A stretch of DNA of 27,195 nucleotides from Acholeplasma sp. (GTDB lineage Bacteria; Bacillota_I; Bacilli_A; Acholeplasmatales; UBA5453), in assembly GCA_036677365.1 (NCBI GenBank), contig JAVBWN010000037.1, positions 1 to 27,195 of the forward strand, given 5' to 3'. Below the pieces are notes generated by a model. That model did no database searches. It was not told the DNA's origin and saw only the letters and a program-made list of their open reading frames with translations. The translations under genes were made by a program, and so were the position numbers. How positions within the stretch are numbered: the stretch's first letter is position 1; every line of letters starts with the position of its first letter. Shown one piece after another: positions 26,792 to 27,195 of this stretch.

Positions 26792-26866
26792 GTGGGCGTA
26801 ATATAATGGTTAATATACGTGCTTGCCAAGCATGATATGGGGGTTCGATTCCCCTCGCCCGCTCCA
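26792..26866 (+). tRNA. tRNA-Gly(GCC), atypical
   Basis: GTGGGCG/CGCCCGC, CGTGC-TTGCCAA-GCATG, GGGGG-TTCGATT-CCCCT, U73, CCA. Confidence 0.9.
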
Positions 26867-26877
26867 ACTAGATAACC

Positions 26878-26905
26878 AAAGAACTTTTGATAAAGTTCTT
26901 TTTTT
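26878..26905 (+). terminator. Terminator after the tRNA cluster
   Basis: AAAGAACTTT...AAAGTTCTTT plus a T run. Confidence 0.75.
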
Positions 26906-26907
26906 GT

Positions 26908-26936
26908 AAAAAAAACTGCGAAGAACGCAGTTTTTT
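26908..26936. terminator. Second, bidirectional-type terminator
   Basis: AAAAAACTGCG-AAGAA-CGCAGTTTTTT. Confidence 0.75.
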
Positions 26937-26950
26937 ATTTTCATAATTAG

Positions 26951-27088
26951 ATTATTAGGACTGCTCGTATCAATGATATCAATGTGAGTGCGTACTTAGA
27001 ATATGTACTAGACAACATTCAATCATCACCTATAGAAACACTATTACCCTATCATCCAGATATCATTAAGAGATTTAAATATACATAA
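26951..27088 (+). pseudogene. IS66-family transposase (TnpC) C-terminal remnant
   Basis: Start-less frame IIRTARINDINVSAYLEYVLDNIQSSPIETLLPYHPDIIKRFKYT*. It matches the IS66 C-terminal pattern TAxxNx(I/L)NxxxYLxxxLxxI...LLP(W/Y). Confidence 0.7.
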
Positions 27089-27137
27089 GCATCCGCCATT
27101 TTCCGCCGTGATGGGAACTCGACTCTCAATATAAAAC

Positions 27138-27175
27138 AAGCGCTACATCCAGTAAATTTGGACTGTAGCGCTTTT
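27138..27175. other. Hairpin (terminator-like or att-site-associated)
   Basis: AAGCGCTACA-TCCA...TGGA-C-TGTAGCGCTT. Confidence 0.55.
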
Positions 27176-27195
27176 AATATACCTTTATGGTGTAG

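Noticed and set aside
26792..26866. Staphylococcus-type non-proteinogenic tRNA-Gly for cell-wall synthesis
   Set aside because: The D-loop GG and T-loop TTC are retained, and no Fem-like gene is in the window.
1..27195. CRISPR array, prophage, defence or toxin-antitoxin system; UGA=Trp genetic code
   Set aside because: I saw no spaced repeats or phage/defence genes. TGA terminates feoA, feoB and other genes at the expected lengths, which indicates the standard bacterial code.

Overview
This is low-GC, mostly housekeeping chromosomal DNA. It most likely comes from an Acholeplasmataceae-like Mollicute or a related Bacillota; this is inferred from gene content, the archaeal/eukaryote-type ProRS and TGA used as a stop codon. 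Left to right: the right end of an IS3-family element; hpf; a truncated ComFC-like zinc-ribbon ORF; a divergent EF-G paralog; yidD; a Fur-boxed feoA-feoB-small Cys-rich operon; a CPA2 antiporter; proS; cvfB; an MFS transporter; a Fic protein; an amino-acid ABC importer under a lysine riboswitch; a cold-shock protein; a GPH sugar symporter with a GH13 oligo-1,6-glucosidase; a heterodimeric ABC exporter; tRNA-Thr(GGU); small membrane proteins and a lipoprotein; speB-speA; an M50-like HExxH membrane protein; tRNA-Asp/Arg(UCG)/Pro; an atypical tRNA-Gly(GCC); and an IS66 transposase remnant. I found no CRISPR array, prophage or defence island, and no clearly new multi-gene system. The best leads are regulatory: (1) an EF-G paralog lacking the catalytic His, with a perfect cre-like operator, close to hpf; (2) a Fur-box promoter nested in a hairpin that sequesters the feoA RBS; (3) an IS3 end lying 3 bp from an IR-mimic; (4) unusual tRNAs.
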